Of a stretch of 64,000 nucleotides of DNA, positions 18,236 to 31,663 are shown piece by piece. The notes under the pieces were generated by a model. That model was given only the letters and a program-made list of their open reading frames with translations. It was not told the DNA's origin and did not search any database. Source of the DNA: Bacillus subtilis subsp. subtilis str. 168 (GTDB lineage Bacteria; Bacillota; Bacilli; Bacillales; Bacillaceae); assembly GCF_000009045.1 (NCBI RefSeq), contig NC_000964.3:682001-746000 (forward strand). Reading direction: 5' to 3'. Made by a program: the position numbers and the translations under genes. Every line of letters starts with the position of its first letter. Positions within the stretch are counted from its first letter, which is position 1.

Positions 18236-19527
18236 TCGAACGTTATTCAAGACCTGAAATGTCCGCGATTTGGACGGATGAAAACAGATTTCAAGCATGG
18301 TTAGAGGTTGAAATTCTTGCCTGTGAAGCGTGGGCGGAGCTTGGCGTCATTCCGAAAGAAGATGTAAAGGTTATGCGCGAAAACGCGTCATTTGACATCA
18401 ACCGCATTTTAGAAATCGAAAAGGACACGCGCCATGACGTTGTCGCTTTTACGCGCGCTGTATCCGAATCACTGGGCGAAGAAAGAAAATGGGTGCATTA
18501 CGGCTTAACGTCAACTGACGTTGTTGATACGGCTCTTTCCTACTTATTAAAACAGGCAAACGATATTTTGCTCAAGGATCTTGAGAGATTTGTTGACATT
18601 ATAAAAGAAAAAGCGAAAGAACATAAATACACAGTCATGATGGGGCGCACACACGGCGTACACGCTGAGCCTACAACATTCGGCTTAAAACTTGCGCTTT
18701 GGCATGAAGAAATGAAACGTAATCTTGAGCGCTTCAAACAAGCGAAAGCAGGCATCGAGGTTGGAAAGATTTCCGGTGCTGTCGGCACATATGCGAACAT
18801 TGATCCATTTGTTGAACAATATGTCTGTGAGAAGCTCGGATTGAAAGCAGCACCGATTTCCACTCAAACCCTTCAGCGTGACCGCCATGCTGACTATATG
18901 GCAACACTTGCTTTGATCGCGACAAGCATCGAGAAATTCGCTGTGGAAATCCGCGGACTGCAAAAGAGTGAAACACGTGAAGTAGAGGAATTTTTCGCGA
19001 AAGGGCAAAAGGGTTCATCTGCAATGCCGCATAAACGAAATCCGATTGGCTCTGAAAACATGACAGGCATGGCGCGCGTGATCCGCGGCTACATGATGAC
19101 AGCTTACGAAAATGTTCCATTATGGCATGAGCGCGATATTTCTCATTCTTCAGCAGAACGAATTATTCTTCCGGATGCGACAATTGCGCTGAACTACATG
19201 CTGAACCGCTTCTCCAACATCGTGAAGAACTTAACGGTCTTCCCGGAAAACATGAAGCGCAACATGGACCGCACTCTCGGCCTTATCTATTCTCAGCGTG
19301 TGCTCCTTGCTTTGATTGACACAGGCCTGACTCGTGAAGAAGCCTATGATACAGTTCAGCCGAAAGCAATGGAAGCGTGGGAAAAACAAGTGCCGTTCCG
19401 CGAGCTTGTGGAAGCGGAAGAGAAAATCACGTCACGTCTTTCTCCAGAAAAAATTGCTGACTGCTTTGATTACAATTACCATCTGAAAAATGTTGATCTG
19501 ATCTTTGAACGTTTAGGTTTAGCATAG
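18232..19527 (+). CDS. purB: Adenylosuccinate lyase, 431 aa
   Basis: GRTHGVHA and [11 protein letters not shown] fumarase-superfamily signature. Confidence 0.97.
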   Translation: MIERYSRPEMSAIWTDENRFQAWLEVEILACEAWAELGVIPKEDVKVMRENASFDINRILEIEKDTRHDVVAFTRAVSESLGEERKWVHYGLTSTDVVDTALSYLLKQANDILLKDLERFVDIIKEKAKEHKYTVMMGRTHGVHAEPTTFGLKLALWHEEMKRNLERFKQAKAGIEVGKISGAVGTYANIDPFVEQYVCEKLGLKAAPISTQTLQRDRHADYMATLALIATSIEKFAVEIRGLQKSETREVEEFFAKGQKGSSAMPHKRNPIGSENMTGMARVIRGYMMTAYENVPLWHERDISHSSAERIILPDATIALNYMLNRFSNIVKNLTVFPENMKRNMDRTLGLIYSQRVLLALIDTGLTREEAYDTVQPKAMEAWEKQVPFRELVEAEEKITSRLSPEKIADCFDYNYHLKNVDLIFERLGLA

Positions 19528-19600
19528 AAGAAGCTTTTAGCGGCTTCTTCTAAGCCGCCGCAGTTTGAAAATTCCCAACATTCGGGTTAGGAGGCCTTCC

Positions 19601-20326
19601 GTGAATATTGTGAAGAATGAACTTTTATACGAAGGAAAAGCAAAAAAGATCTACAAAACCGATGACGAAAACACGCTGTATGTCGTGTATAAAGACTCCG
19701 CCACTGCCTTTAACGGCGAGAAAAAAGCAGAAATCAGCGGAAAAGGGCGCTTAAATAATGAAATTTCAAGCCTCATTTTCAAACACCTTCATGCTAAGGG
19801 CATTAACAATCATTTTATCGAGCGCATTTCGGAAACGGAGCAGCTCATTAAAAAGGTAACGATTGTGCCGCTTGAAGTCGTGGTAAGAAATGTTGTGGCA
19901 GGAAGCATGTCCAAACGTCTCGGCATTCCAGAAGGCACGGAGCTTGAGCAGCCGATTATCGAGTTTTACTACAAGGATGACGCGCTGGGTGATCCGCTCA
20001 TCACAGAAGATCATATTTGGCTTTTGAAGGCGGCGACTCCTGAGCAGGTAGAAACCATTAAGTCCATTACAACAATAGTAAATGAAGAGCTTCAAAGCAT
20101 CTTCGACGATTGTCATGTCAGATTAATAGATTTCAAGCTTGAATTCGGTTTAGATGCAGAAGGGCAAGTGCTTTTGGCGGATGAAATATCTCCTGACACA
20201 TGCCGCTTGTGGGATAAAGAAACGAACGAAAAGCTGGACAAAGATTTATTCAGACGCAATCTGGGAAGCTTAACCGACGCATACGAAGAGATTTTCAATA
20301 GACTGGGAGGCATTCATCATGTATAA
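19601..20326 (+). CDS. purC: SAICAR synthetase, 241 aa
   Basis: LYEGKAK, DFKLEFG and LADEISPD motifs; AGGAGG before GTG 19601. Confidence 0.96.
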   Translation: MNIVKNELLYEGKAKKIYKTDDENTLYVVYKDSATAFNGEKKAEISGKGRLNNEISSLIFKHLHAKGINNHFIERISETEQLIKKVTIVPLEVVVRNVVAGSMSKRLGIPEGTELEQPIIEFYYKDDALGDPLITEDHIWLLKAATPEQVETIKSITTIVNEELQSIFDDCHVRLIDFKLEFGLDAEGQVLLADEISPDTCRLWDKETNEKLDKDLFRRNLGSLTDAYEEIFNRLGGIHHV

Positions 20327-20573
20327 AGTAAAAGTTTATGTCAGCTTAAAAGAAAGTGTACTAGATCCACAAGGGAGCGCTGTCCAGCATGCCTTGCACA
20401 GTATGACTTACAACGAAGTTCAAGATGTGCGCATCGGGAAATACATGGAGCTTACCATTGAAAAATCTGACCGTGATCTTGACGTGCTAGTGAAAGAAAT
20501 GTGCGAAAAACTTCTTGCGAACACAGTGATTGAAGATTATAGATATGAGGTTGAGGAGGTAGTCGCACAGTGA
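20319..20573 (+). CDS. purS: FGAM synthase subunit PurS, 84 aa
   Basis: LDPQG and [10 protein letters not shown] motifs. Confidence 0.95.
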   Translation: MYKVKVYVSLKESVLDPQGSAVQHALHSMTYNEVQDVRIGKYMELTIEKSDRDLDVLVKEMCEKLLANTVIEDYRYEVEEVVAQ

Positions 20574-21253
20574 AATTTGCGGTGATTGTGTTACCCGGCT
20601 CCAACTGTGATATCGATATGTATCATGCTGTAAAGGATGAGCTCGGCCATGAAGTGGAATACGTCTGGCATGAGGAAACAAGCCTTGACGGCTTCGACGG
20701 CGTGTTAATTCCGGGAGGATTTTCTTACGGCGATTACTTAAGATGCGGCGCCATCGCCCGATTTGCGAATATTATGCCAGCTGTCAAACAAGCAGCGGCT
20801 GAAGGAAAACCTGTTCTTGGCGTCTGTAACGGATTCCAGATTTTACAGGAGCTTGGGCTGCTGCCAGGCGCAATGAGACGCAACAAAGATCTGAAGTTCA
20901 TTTGCCGTCCGGTTGAATTGATTGTTCAGAACGACGAAACCTTATTCACAGCTTCCTACGAAAAGGGAGAATCGATTACAATCCCGGTTGCCCATGGTGA
21001 AGGGAATTTCTACTGTGATGACGAGACGCTTGCTACATTAAAGGAAAACAATCAAATTGCTTTCACATACGGCTCTAATATTAATGGAAGTGTCAGCGAC
21101 ATTGCCGGTGTCGTGAATGAGAAAGGCAATGTATTAGGCATGATGCCTCACCCTGAGCGCGCGGTCGATGAACTGCTTGGAAGCGCCGACGGTCTTAAAT
21201 TGTTCCAGTCTATCGTGAAAAATTGGAGGGAAACTCATGTCACTACTGCTTGA
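20570..21253 (+). CDS. purQ: FGAM synthase glutaminase subunit, 227 aa
   Basis: PGSNCD, GVCNGFQ and MMPHPER motifs. Confidence 0.96.
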   Translation: MKFAVIVLPGSNCDIDMYHAVKDELGHEVEYVWHEETSLDGFDGVLIPGGFSYGDYLRCGAIARFANIMPAVKQAAAEGKPVLGVCNGFQILQELGLLPGAMRRNKDLKFICRPVELIVQNDETLFTASYEKGESITIPVAHGEGNFYCDDETLATLKENNQIAFTYGSNINGSVSDIAGVVNEKGNVLGMMPHPERAVDELLGSADGLKLFQSIVKNWRETHVTTA

Positions 21254-23465
21254 ACCAAGTAAAGAACAAATAAAAGAAGAGAAACTGTATCAGCAAATGG
21301 GTGTCAGTGATGATGAGTTTGCATTGATAGAATCCATTCTTGGAAGATTGCCGAACTACACAGAAATCGGAATTTTTTCTGTCATGTGGTCTGAGCATTG
21401 CAGCTATAAAAACTCAAAGCCGATTCTGCGTAAATTCCCGACAAGCGGCGAGCGTGTGCTGCAGGGGCCGGGGGAAGGCGCCGGAATCGTTGATATCGGT
21501 GATAACCAAGCGGTTGTGTTCAAAATTGAATCACATAACCACCCATCAGCTCTCGAGCCTTACCAAGGCGCTGCGACTGGCGTAGGCGGAATTATCCGTG
21601 ATGTATTCTCAATGGGTGCACGCCCAATCGCTGTATTGAACTCTCTTCGATTTGGTGAACTGACTTCACCCCGCGTGAAGTACTTGTTTGAAGAAGTAGT
21701 AGCGGGTATCGCCGGATACGGCAACTGTATCGGCATCCCGACAGTCGGCGGAGAAGTGCAGTTTGACAGCAGCTATGAAGGAAATCCGCTCGTCAACGCA
21801 ATGTGCGTCGGTTTAATCAACCATGAAGACATCAAAAAAGGCCAGGCAAAGGGTGTCGGCAACACAGTAATGTACGTAGGAGCGAAAACAGGGCGTGACG
21901 GCATCCACGGCGCTACGTTTGCTTCTGAAGAAATGTCAGACTCGTCTGAAGAAAAGCGTTCTGCTGTCCAAGTCGGCGATCCGTTTATGGAGAAGCTTTT
22001 GCTTGAAGCATGTCTGGAAGTCATCCAATGCGACGCCTTAGTCGGCATTCAGGATATGGGAGCTGCCGGTTTAACAAGCTCAAGTGCAGAAATGGCAAGT
22101 AAAGCCGGTTCTGGCATTGAAATGAATCTTGACCTGATTCCTCAGCGCGAAACAGGCATGACCGCGTATGAAATGATGCTTTCTGAATCACAAGAACGGA
22201 TGCTTTTGGTTATTGAGCGCGGACGTGAGCAGGAAATCATCGATATTTTTGACAAGTATGATCTTGAAGCGGTTTCTGTCGGACATGTGACAGATGATAA
22301 AATGCTTCGCCTGACACATAAAGGAGAGGTTGTGTGCGAGCTGCCTGTTGATGCCTTGGCAGAAGAAGCACCGGTTTACCATAAGCCTTCTCAAGAGCCT
22401 GCTTACTATCGCGAGTTTTTGGAAACAGACGTTCCGGCTCCGCAAATTGAAGATGCGAATGAAATGCTGAAGGCCCTTCTTCAGCAGCCGACGATTGCGA
22501 GTAAAGAGTGGGTTTATGATCAGTATGACTACATGGTGCGCACGAATACAGTTGTCGCTCCTGGGTCTGATGCTGGTGTTCTCAGAATCCGCGGAACGAA
22601 AAAGGCGCTGGCGATGACGACAGACTGTAACGCGCGTTATCTCTATCTTGATCCTGAAGTCGGAGGGAAAATTGCTGTCGCTGAAGCAGCGCGCAACATC
22701 ATTTGCTCAGGCGCAGAACCGCTTGCGGTGACAGATAACCTTAACTTCGGAAACCCTGAGAAGCCGGAAATCTTCTGGCAGATCGAAAAAGCGGCAGACG
22801 GCATAAGCGAAGCGTGCAATGTTCTCAGCACTCCGGTTATCGGCGGTAACGTATCGCTTTATAACGAATCAAACGGCACGGCGATCTATCCGACACCAGT
22901 TATCGGCATGGTCGGCCTAATTGAAGATACAGCGCACATTACAACACAGCATTTCAAACAAGCAGGAGATCTCGTATACGTGATCGGCGAAACAAAACCA
23001 GAGTTTGCCGGAAGCGAGCTGCAAAAAATGACAGAAGGCCGTATTTACGGCAAAGCGCCGCAAATCGATCTTGATGTAGAGCTGTCTCGTCAAAAAGCAC
23101 TGCTTGACGCGATTAAAAAAGGCTTCGTTCAATCTGCGCATGATGTGTCTGAAGGCGGCTTAGGCGTAGCGATTGCGGAAAGTGTCATGACGACGGAAAA
23201 CCTTGGCGCTAATGTGACTGTAGAAGGGGAAGCGGCGTTATTATTCTCTGAATCTCAATCTCGCTTCGTCGTTTCAGTGAAAAAAGAACATCAAGCTGCG
23301 TTTGAAGCAACTGTCAAAGATGCAGTTCATATTGGTGAGGTAACAGCTGACGGAATTCTGGCGATTCAAAACCAAGACGGACAACAAATGATTCATGCGC
23401 AAACGAAAGAGCTTGAACGCGTATGGAAAGGAGCTATCCCATGCTTGCTGAAATCAAAGGCTTAA
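21237..23465 (+). CDS. purL: FGAM synthase synthetase subunit, 742 aa
   Basis: [21 protein letters not shown] and SESQER motifs. Confidence 0.97.
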   Translation: MSLLLEPSKEQIKEEKLYQQMGVSDDEFALIESILGRLPNYTEIGIFSVMWSEHCSYKNSKPILRKFPTSGERVLQGPGEGAGIVDIGDNQAVVFKIESHNHPSALEPYQGAATGVGGIIRDVFSMGARPIAVLNSLRFGELTSPRVKYLFEEVVAGIAGYGNCIGIPTVGGEVQFDSSYEGNPLVNAMCVGLINHEDIKKGQAKGVGNTVMYVGAKTGRDGIHGATFASEEMSDSSEEKRSAVQVGDPFMEKLLLEACLEVIQCDALVGIQDMGAAGLTSSSAEMASKAGSGIEMNLDLIPQRETGMTAYEMMLSESQERMLLVIERGREQEIIDIFDKYDLEAVSVGHVTDDKMLRLTHKGEVVCELPVDALAEEAPVYHKPSQEPAYYREFLETDVPAPQIEDANEMLKALLQQPTIASKEWVYDQYDYMVRTNTVVAPGSDAGVLRIRGTKKALAMTTDCNARYLYLDPEVGGKIAVAEAARNIICSGAEPLAVTDNLNFGNPEKPEIFWQIEKAADGISEACNVLSTPVIGGNVSLYNESNGTAIYPTPVIGMVGLIEDTAHITTQHFKQAGDLVYVIGETKPEFAGSELQKMTEGRIYGKAPQIDLDVELSRQKALLDAIKKGFVQSAHDVSEGGLGVAIAESVMTTENLGANVTVEGEAALLFSESQSRFVVSVKKEHQAAFEATVKDAVHIGEVTADGILAIQNQDGQQMIHAQTKELERVWKGAIPCLLKSKA

Positions 23466-24871
23466 ATGAAGAATGCGGCGTTTTTGGGATTTGGGGACAT
23501 GAAGAAGCCCCGCAAATCACGTATTACGGTCTCCACAGCCTTCAGCACCGAGGACAGGAGGGTGCTGGCATCGTAGCGACTGACGGTGAAAAGCTGACGG
23601 CTCACAAAGGCCAAGGTCTGATCACTGAAGTATTTCAAAACGGCGAACTCAGCAAAGTAAAGGGAAAAGGCGCTATCGGGCACGTTCGGTACGCAACGGC
23701 TGGAGGCGGCGGATACGAAAATGTTCAGCCGCTCCTCTTCCGTTCCCAAAACAACGGCAGCCTGGCGCTTGCTCATAACGGAAATCTTGTCAACGCCACT
23801 CAGCTGAAGCAGCAGCTCGAAAATCAAGGGAGCATCTTTCAAACCTCTTCGGATACAGAGGTTTTGGCTCACCTGATCAAAAGAAGCGGACACTTCACGC
23901 TGAAGGATCAAATTAAAAACTCGCTTTCTATGCTGAAAGGCGCCTACGCGTTCCTGATCATGACCGAAACAGAAATGATTGTCGCACTTGATCCAAACGG
24001 GCTGAGACCGCTATCCATCGGCATGATGGGCGACGCTTATGTGGTCGCATCAGAAACATGCGCATTTGACGTCGTCGGCGCAACGTACCTTCGCGAGGTA
24101 GAGCCGGGAGAAATGCTGATCATTAATGATGAAGGCATGAAATCAGAGCGTTTTTCCATGAATATCAATCGTTCCATTTGCAGCATGGAGTACATTTATT
24201 TCTCCAGACCAGACAGCAATATTGACGGTATTAATGTGCACAGTGCCCGTAAAAACCTTGGGAAAATGCTGGCTCAGGAATCCGCAGTTGAAGCTGACGT
24301 CGTAACCGGGGTTCCGGATTCCAGTATTTCAGCGGCGATCGGCTATGCAGAGGCAACAGGCATTCCGTATGAGCTTGGCTTAATCAAAAACCGTTATGTT
24401 GGCAGAACGTTTATTCAGCCGTCCCAGGCTCTGCGTGAGCAAGGCGTCAGAATGAAGCTGTCTGCGGTGCGCGGGGTTGTAGAAGGCAAACGCGTCGTGA
24501 TGGTGGATGACTCTATCGTGCGAGGAACAACTAGCCGCCGGATTGTCACGATGCTAAGAGAAGCGGGTGCGACAGAGGTGCATGTGAAAATCAGTTCACC
24601 GCCGATCGCTCATCCGTGCTTTTACGGCATTGACACTTCCACACATGAAGAACTGATCGCGTCTTCGCATTCTGTTGAAGAAATCCGTCAGGAAATCGGA
24701 GCCGATACCCTCTCATTTTTGAGTGTGGAAGGGCTGCTGAAAGGCATCGGCAGAAAATACGATGACTCGAATTGCGGACAGTGTCTCGCTTGCTTTACAG
24801 GAAAATATCCGACTGAAATTTACCAGGATACAGTGCTTCCTCACGTAAAAGAAGCAGTATTAACCAAATAA
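23441..24871 (+). CDS. purF: Amidophosphoribosyltransferase, 476 aa
   Basis: 11-residue propeptide [11 protein letters not shown] before catalytic CGVFG; QHRGQE and [10 protein letters not shown] motifs. Confidence 0.97.
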   Translation: MLAEIKGLNEECGVFGIWGHEEAPQITYYGLHSLQHRGQEGAGIVATDGEKLTAHKGQGLITEVFQNGELSKVKGKGAIGHVRYATAGGGGYENVQPLLFRSQNNGSLALAHNGNLVNATQLKQQLENQGSIFQTSSDTEVLAHLIKRSGHFTLKDQIKNSLSMLKGAYAFLIMTETEMIVALDPNGLRPLSIGMMGDAYVVASETCAFDVVGATYLREVEPGEMLIINDEGMKSERFSMNINRSICSMEYIYFSRPDSNIDGINVHSARKNLGKMLAQESAVEADVVTGVPDSSISAAIGYAEATGIPYELGLIKNRYVGRTFIQPSQALREQGVRMKLSAVRGVVEGKRVVMVDDSIVRGTTSRRIVTMLREAGATEVHVKISSPPIAHPCFYGIDTSTHEELIASSHSVEEIRQEIGADTLSFLSVEGLLKGIGRKYDDSNCGQCLACFTGKYPTEIYQDTVLPHVKEAVLTK

Positions 24872-24972
24872 AACTTGAAAAATGACATAAAGGCAGCGCA
24901 GTTCGGCTGCCTTTCTCTTTCTGCCCTCGTTCGGGGAGATATTTTGAAAAGCGCCTTAAAGGAGTGAATAGG

Positions 24973-26013
24973 ATGTCTGAAGCATATAAAAACGCAGGAG
25001 TTGACATCGAAGCCGGATATGAAGCTGTAAAACGAATGAAAAAACACGTGGAGCGCACGAAACGGCTTGGCGTTATGGGCAGCCTTGGCGGTTTTGGCGG
25101 CATGTTTGACCTGTCTGAGCTTTCTTATCAAAAACCAGTTCTCATTTCGGGAACGGACGGTGTCGGCACAAAATTAAAGCTCGCTTTTTCCATGGATAAG
25201 CATGACACGATTGGCGTGGATGCTGTTGCAATGTGTGTCAATGACGTGCTGGCACAAGGTGCAGAGCCGCTGTTTTTCCTCGATTATTTAGCGGTTGGCA
25301 AAGCGGACCCAGTGAAAATTGAACAGATTGTACAAGGTGTTGCGGAAGGCTGTGAGCAGTCAGGTTCAGCCTTAGTCGGCGGTGAAACGGCTGAAATGCC
25401 GGGGCTCTATACAGCTGATGAATACGATATTGCCGGTTTCTCAGTCGGAGTGGCAGAAAAGGACGAAATCGTGACTGGAGAAAAAATTGAAGAGGGCCAT
25501 CTGTTGATCGGCCTCAGCTCCAGCGGCCTTCACAGCAACGGCTTTTCCCTTGTCAGAAAAGTGCTTCTGGATGATGCGGAGCTGGACCTCGATACAACAT
25601 ATGAGCCGTTTGAACGCCCGCTTGGCGAGGAATTGCTTGAACCGACAAGGATTTACGTGAAGCCTGTGCTTGCCGCGGTCAAAAGCGGAAAAATCGACGG
25701 CATGGCGCACGTGACAGGCGGAGGATTTATTGAAAATATTCCGCGTATGCTTCCGGAAGGCTTAAGTGCGGAAATTGATCATGGCTCATGGCCGATCCCG
25801 CCGATTTTTTCTTTCTTGCAAGAGTACGGCAAGCTAAAGGAAGAAGACATGTTCAACGTCTTTAATATGGGTATCGGTTTTGTTTTGGCAGTCAAAGAAG
25901 AGCATCTGACAGATGTGATCGGAACGCTTGAAAGCCATGGCGAAAAAGCCTATTTAATCGGGCGTGTGAAAAAAGGTGAAGGCGTCACATTCGGCGGTGC
26001 GGCACTTTCATGA
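24973..26013 (+). CDS. purM: AIR synthetase, 346 aa
   Basis: [23 protein letters not shown] and HVTGGG motifs; AAGGAG RBS. Confidence 0.97.
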   Translation: MSEAYKNAGVDIEAGYEAVKRMKKHVERTKRLGVMGSLGGFGGMFDLSELSYQKPVLISGTDGVGTKLKLAFSMDKHDTIGVDAVAMCVNDVLAQGAEPLFFLDYLAVGKADPVKIEQIVQGVAEGCEQSGSALVGGETAEMPGLYTADEYDIAGFSVGVAEKDEIVTGEKIEEGHLLIGLSSSGLHSNGFSLVRKVLLDDAELDLDTTYEPFERPLGEELLEPTRIYVKPVLAAVKSGKIDGMAHVTGGGFIENIPRMLPEGLSAEIDHGSWPIPPIFSFLQEYGKLKEEDMFNVFNMGIGFVLAVKEEHLTDVIGTLESHGEKAYLIGRVKKGEGVTFGGAALS

Positions 26014-26597
26014 AAAAGTTTGCGGTATTTGCATCAGGAAACGGTTCAAACTTCGAAGCCATCGTCACGCGTTTGAAGGAGGAGAACTGGGATGCGTCAG
26101 CAGCGCTCCTCGTTTGCGACAAACCGCAGGCGAAAGTCATCGAACGGGCGGAAGCATTCCACATTCCATCCTTCGCATTTGAGCCGAAGTCTTATGAAAA
26201 CAAGGCTGCATTTGAACAAGCCATCATTGAACAGCTTCGTCTTCACGAGGTTGAATTGATTGCTCTTGCCGGCTATATGAGGCTGATCGGTGATACGCTC
26301 CTTCAAGCATATGGGGGAAAAATCATTAACATTCACCCATCGCTTCTTCCGGCGTTTCCTGGAATCGACGCAGTCGGACAGGCGTTCCGGGCGGGTGTGA
26401 AGGTGGCCGGAATCACCGTGCATTATGTCGATGAAGGAATGGATACAGGTCCGATCATCGCTCAAAAGGCAATCGAAATTGATGAACATGATACATTGGA
26501 AACAATCGAACAGCGAATTCACAAGCTTGAGCATAAATGGTATCCGAGTGTGATTAAACAGCTATTAGGATTAAATAACAGAGGTGAAAAGGCATGA
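26010..26597 (+). CDS. purN: GAR transformylase, 195 aa
   Basis: [15 protein letters not shown] and GITVHYV motifs. Confidence 0.97.
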   Translation: MKKFAVFASGNGSNFEAIVTRLKEENWDASAALLVCDKPQAKVIERAEAFHIPSFAFEPKSYENKAAFEQAIIEQLRLHEVELIALAGYMRLIGDTLLQAYGGKIINIHPSLLPAFPGIDAVGQAFRAGVKVAGITVHYVDEGMDTGPIIAQKAIEIDEHDTLETIEQRIHKLEHKWYPSVIKQLLGLNNRGEKA

Positions 26598-28132
26598 CCA
26601 TTAAACGTGCATTAATCAGTGTTTCAGATAAAACAAATCTCGTTCCTTTCGTAAAAGAACTGACAGAGCTTGGCGTTGAAGTCATCTCCACAGGCGGAAC
26701 GAAAAAGCTTCTTCAAGAAAACGGTGTGGATGTGATCGGAATTTCTGAAGTGACAGGCTTTCCTGAAATTATGGACGGCCGGTTAAAAACCCTACACCCG
26801 AATATTCACGGCGGCCTTCTGGCGGTTCGCGGCAATGAAGAGCATATGGCGCAGATCAATGAACACGGGATTCAGCCGATTGACCTCGTTGTCGTCAACC
26901 TCTATCCATTTAAAGAAACGATTTCTAAAGAAGACGTCACGTATGAAGAAGCGATCGAAAATATCGACATCGGCGGACCTGGCATGCTGCGCGCGGCATC
27001 AAAGAACCATCAGGATGTCACGGTTATCGTCGATCCGGCCGATTACAGCCCAGTGCTAAATCAAATCAAAGAAGAAGGCAGCGTATCTCTTCAGAAAAAA
27101 CGCGAGCTCGCGGCAAAAGTATTCCGTCATACTGCGGCATATGATGCACTGATCGCTGACTATCTGACAAATGTTGTCGGTGAAAAAGAACCAGAGCAAT
27201 TCACTGTGACATTTGAGAAAAAACAATCGCTTCGCTATGGAGAAAACCCGCATCAGGAAGCAACTTTCTATCAAACAGCTCTTCCTGTCAAAGGCTCCAT
27301 TGCGCAAGCAGAACAGCTTCACGGAAAAGAGCTTTCTTACAACAACATTAAAGACGCGGATGCTGCAGTTCAAATCGTTCGTGAATTCACTGAACCGGCT
27401 GCTGTTGCTGTGAAGCATATGAACCCGTGCGGCGTGGGAACAGGAAAAACGATCGCAGAAGCGTTTGACAGAGCGTTTGAAGCGGATAAAACATCTATCT
27501 TCGGCGGCATTATCGCGCTGAACCGTGAAGTGGACAAGGCAACTGCCGAAGCGCTTCACAACATTTTCTTAGAAATCATCATTGCGCCTTCATTCAGCCA
27601 AGAAGCGCTCGACGTCCTGACTGCGAAGAAAAATCTCCGTCTGCTGACGCTTGACGTATCCGCCGCTGTTCAAAAGGAAAAACAGCTGACATCCGTTCAA
27701 GGCGGGCTGCTGATTCAAGATTTAGATATGCACGGCTTCGATGATGCTGAGATTAGCATTCCGACAAAAAGAGAGCCGAACGAGCAAGAGTGGGAAGACT
27801 TGAAGCTTGCTTGGAAAGTCGTGAAGCATGTGAAATCAAATGCGATTGTTCTCGCGAAGGACAACATGACAGTCGGCGTGGGAGCAGGCCAAATGAACCG
27901 CGTCGGATCGGCAAAAATCGCAATCGAGCAAGCAGGGGAAAAAGCGAAGGGCAGCGCGCTCGGTTCGGATGCATATTTCCCAATGCCAGATACTGTCGAA
28001 GAAGCGGCAAAAGCGGGCGTTACAGCCATCATTCAGCCAGGCGGATCGATCCGAGATGAGGATTCCATCAAAAAAGCGGATGAATACGGCATTGCCATGG
28101 TATTCACCGGCATCAGACACTTCAAACATTAA
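26594..28132 (+). CDS. purH: AICAR transformylase / IMP cyclohydrolase, 512 aa
   Basis: [25 protein letters not shown] and KHMNPCG motifs. Confidence 0.97.
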   Translation: MTIKRALISVSDKTNLVPFVKELTELGVEVISTGGTKKLLQENGVDVIGISEVTGFPEIMDGRLKTLHPNIHGGLLAVRGNEEHMAQINEHGIQPIDLVVVNLYPFKETISKEDVTYEEAIENIDIGGPGMLRAASKNHQDVTVIVDPADYSPVLNQIKEEGSVSLQKKRELAAKVFRHTAAYDALIADYLTNVVGEKEPEQFTVTFEKKQSLRYGENPHQEATFYQTALPVKGSIAQAEQLHGKELSYNNIKDADAAVQIVREFTEPAAVAVKHMNPCGVGTGKTIAEAFDRAFEADKTSIFGGIIALNREVDKATAEALHNIFLEIIIAPSFSQEALDVLTAKKNLRLLTLDVSAAVQKEKQLTSVQGGLLIQDLDMHGFDDAEISIPTKREPNEQEWEDLKLAWKVVKHVKSNAIVLAKDNMTVGVGAGQMNRVGSAKIAIEQAGEKAKGSALGSDAYFPMPDTVEEAAKAGVTAIIQPGGSIRDEDSIKKADEYGIAMVFTGIRHFKH

Positions 28133-29416
<1,284 letters not shown>

Positions 29417-29422
29417 GTGAGG

Positions 29423-29451
29423 AAAACCCGCAGAATAGCTGCGGGTTTTTT
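29423..29451. terminator. Bidirectional terminator between purD and yezC
   Basis: AAAACCCGCAG-AATAG-CTGCGGGTTTTTT between convergent stops. Confidence 0.9.
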
Positions 29452-29455
29452 GTTA

Positions 29456-29875
29456 TCAAAAAGCGGGATGGCAGCTAGAAGAAGAAAGCACAACGAGCGT
29501 GGTTGGTTTTCCATGGGCCATCGAGGTGTCAATAAAATCCTCAAGCGTATGTACCGATTCAGTCACGACCTTTGTCACATAGCTGTACATCCCCGTGATG
29601 CGGTGGTTTTCTGCTACATCAGGATGCGATGTTGCAAAGGCGGCGTAGTGCTTGCAGCTTTTCGGCTCCATGAGAATAAAAGCGGTGACATGCTTGTTTA
29701 GTTTTTCGTAACAGATATTCGCGCTGTAGCCGGTAATCACTCCTTTGTCTTCCAGCTTCCTGACACGCTCCGCCGCGCTTGGCGAGCTGAGTCCGACAAG
29801 CTTTCCCAGCTCAACCATCGTTAATCTGCCGTTTCGCTGCAAATGCGAGAGAATCTGAAGGTCTGTATCGTCCAT
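29456..29875 (-). CDS. yezC: Lrp/AsnC-family regulator, 139 aa
   Basis: MDDTDLQIL...LQRNGR...VGLSSPSAAERVRKLEDKGVI HTH; RITG motif in the C-terminal domain. Confidence 0.92.
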   Translation of the reverse strand: MDDTDLQILSHLQRNGRLTMVELGKLVGLSSPSAAERVRKLEDKGVITGYSANICYEKLNKHVTAFILMEPKSCKHYAAFATSHPDVAENHRITGMYSYVTKVVTESVHTLEDFIDTSMAHGKPTTLVVLSSSSCHPAF

Positions 29876-30018
29876 TTGTCTGGCTCCTTTACATATTTAG
29901 GCGAATGAATGAAAATTCCTTTGATCGTAAGGTAATGCTGTTGATTTAACTTCATTGTAGCATATGGATGCCGTCTTATTTTTTCTATAATAAAGCCATC
30001 AATCAGAGAGGGGGCATC

Positions 30019-31293
30019 ATGTTGCCAGAATTGCAGCGCTCTATTACTTGGATACAAGGGACGGCGTTAACGATTGGGGCGGTTTTAGGATGCGGGATAT
30101 TAATCCTGCCGTCTGTCACCGCGGACACGGCCGGCCCCGCTTCTTTATTTGTTTGGGTGTTCATGTCCTTCTTATCCTTTTTTCTTGTCGGCACGCTGGC
30201 CCGGCTTGTGAAAATAGCGCCTAGCGCGGGAGGAATCACGGCTTATGTGCAGCTGGCCTTTCAGAAAAAAGCCGGGGCTATTTTGGGCTGGATCATGTTA
30301 GGGTCCGTTCCGATCGGCGTTCCCATCATCGCTTTGACTGGCGCGCATTACGTCAGTTACATCACAGAGGCGGCCGATTGGCAGATTACATTGATTGCTG
30401 GTTGCATGCTGGCTATATCTATTTTGCTTCATATGAGAGGGATTCAACTATCAGCAAACATTAGTACACTCGTTATATGTGTCATCGTATTTCTGCTTGT
30501 CACTTCTATTGCTGTGTCATTGCCACACGTCACGATAGCAGAATTCAAGCCGTTTCTTCCGCATGGCTGGTCTGCCGCTGGATCTGTTTCTGTTATGATT
30601 TTTTTCTCTTTTGTAGGCTGGGAAATGATTACCCCGTTGGCTGAGGAATTTCATCGTCCTGAAAAAGATGTCCCGCTCAGCTTGTTTTTGGCAGCGTCTT
30701 GTGTGGCGGGGCTGTATATCATGCTGTCATTTGTGACCGTGGGTACTCATTCATATGGAGAGAATGGAGAAATTGCATCGCTTGCCATGCTCATTTCAAA
30801 AGGAGCAGGAGAAAGCGGTGTATATGTCACGGTATGTTTAGCGCTGTTTATTACATTCGCCACCATCCATGCCAATATTGCCGGTTTTTCAAGAATGGTG
30901 TACGCATTGGCGAGAGAGGGGCACATACCCGTATTTTTTGGAAAACTCAGTGCGACAAAACGTACGCCTATTCGCGTTTTGACAGCGATGGCCGCAGTGT
31001 TTGGCTTAGTGCTTGCAGCGCATGGTCTGTTTCAAATCGATTTGACGACTCTGTTGAAAGGGCCGAGCGCGGCTTTTATCGCATCTTACATATGTACAAT
31101 GGCGGCAGCACTGAAACTGCTGGGCAGGAGAGATATAGGCTGGTGGATGGCGCTCGGGGCATTTGTGGCGTGCGCGGTGATTTATTCATTCAGCGGCTGG
31201 GCACTGCTTTATCCGGCAGTGCTGGCAGCTGCAGGATATTTCTATATGAAAACAAAGGGTGGGCATAAAAAAAAGCTTGATCACGTTTTGTGA
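30019..31293 (+). CDS. yecA: APC-superfamily amino acid permease/exporter, 424 aa
   Basis: GAVLGCGI, PSAGG and FSFVGWE motifs; divergent from the Lrp regulator; GAGGGGG RBS. Confidence 0.88.
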   Translation: MLPELQRSITWIQGTALTIGAVLGCGILILPSVTADTAGPASLFVWVFMSFLSFFLVGTLARLVKIAPSAGGITAYVQLAFQKKAGAILGWIMLGSVPIGVPIIALTGAHYVSYITEAADWQITLIAGCMLAISILLHMRGIQLSANISTLVICVIVFLLVTSIAVSLPHVTIAEFKPFLPHGWSAAGSVSVMIFFSFVGWEMITPLAEEFHRPEKDVPLSLFLAASCVAGLYIMLSFVTVGTHSYGENGEIASLAMLISKGAGESGVYVTVCLALFITFATIHANIAGFSRMVYALAREGHIPVFFGKLSATKRTPIRVLTAMAAVFGLVLAAHGLFQIDLTTLLKGPSAAFIASYICTMAAALKLLGRRDIGWWMALGAFVACAVIYSFSGWALLYPAVLAAAGYFYMKTKGGHKKKLDHVL

Positions 31294-31307
31294 TCAAGCT
31301 TTTCCAT

Positions 31308-31535
31308 TTATCCGTTTTGATGCTCGTTATTTCCAGAATCGCTGTGTTGAAACATGTAGGTCACAGGACAGAAGCGCAAGATTCCCGAACCCGCTTTCAT
31401 GGCCCCCATAAAGATGTAAAAGAGATGCATTCTGCACCAAGGTTTTTTCGTAAACTTTGCACTGGCGGCTGACATAATCGTCAATCCGCAGGCGATTCTG
31501 AACACGGCATTGATGAGACTGATGTTTGGCTTCAA
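31308..31535 (-). CDS. yezF: Small membrane protein, DUF2892/YgaP-like, 75 aa
   Basis: TTG start 9 nt after AAGGAG; N-terminal NxxxxxxxxR and C-terminal RFCP motifs. Gene symbol less certain than the family. Confidence 0.7.
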   Translation of the reverse strand: MKPNISLINAVFRIACGLTIMSAASAKFTKKPWCRMHLFYIFMGAMKAGSGILRFCPVTYMFQHSDSGNNEHQNG

Positions 31536-31663
31536 GGAAATCCGCTCCTTTTACTTAAAAAAGTTTTTTAATCGAACCTTCAAAAATTTGTAACGTTTTT
31601 ATCGTGCGTGATGAGGAAGGATGTGATACCATGAGTCTAATACATGTAAAGGAGAGTATGTGA

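Noticed and set aside
29417-29701. 94-aa plus-strand ORF after purD
   Set aside because: Runs through the bidirectional terminator and antisense to yezC.
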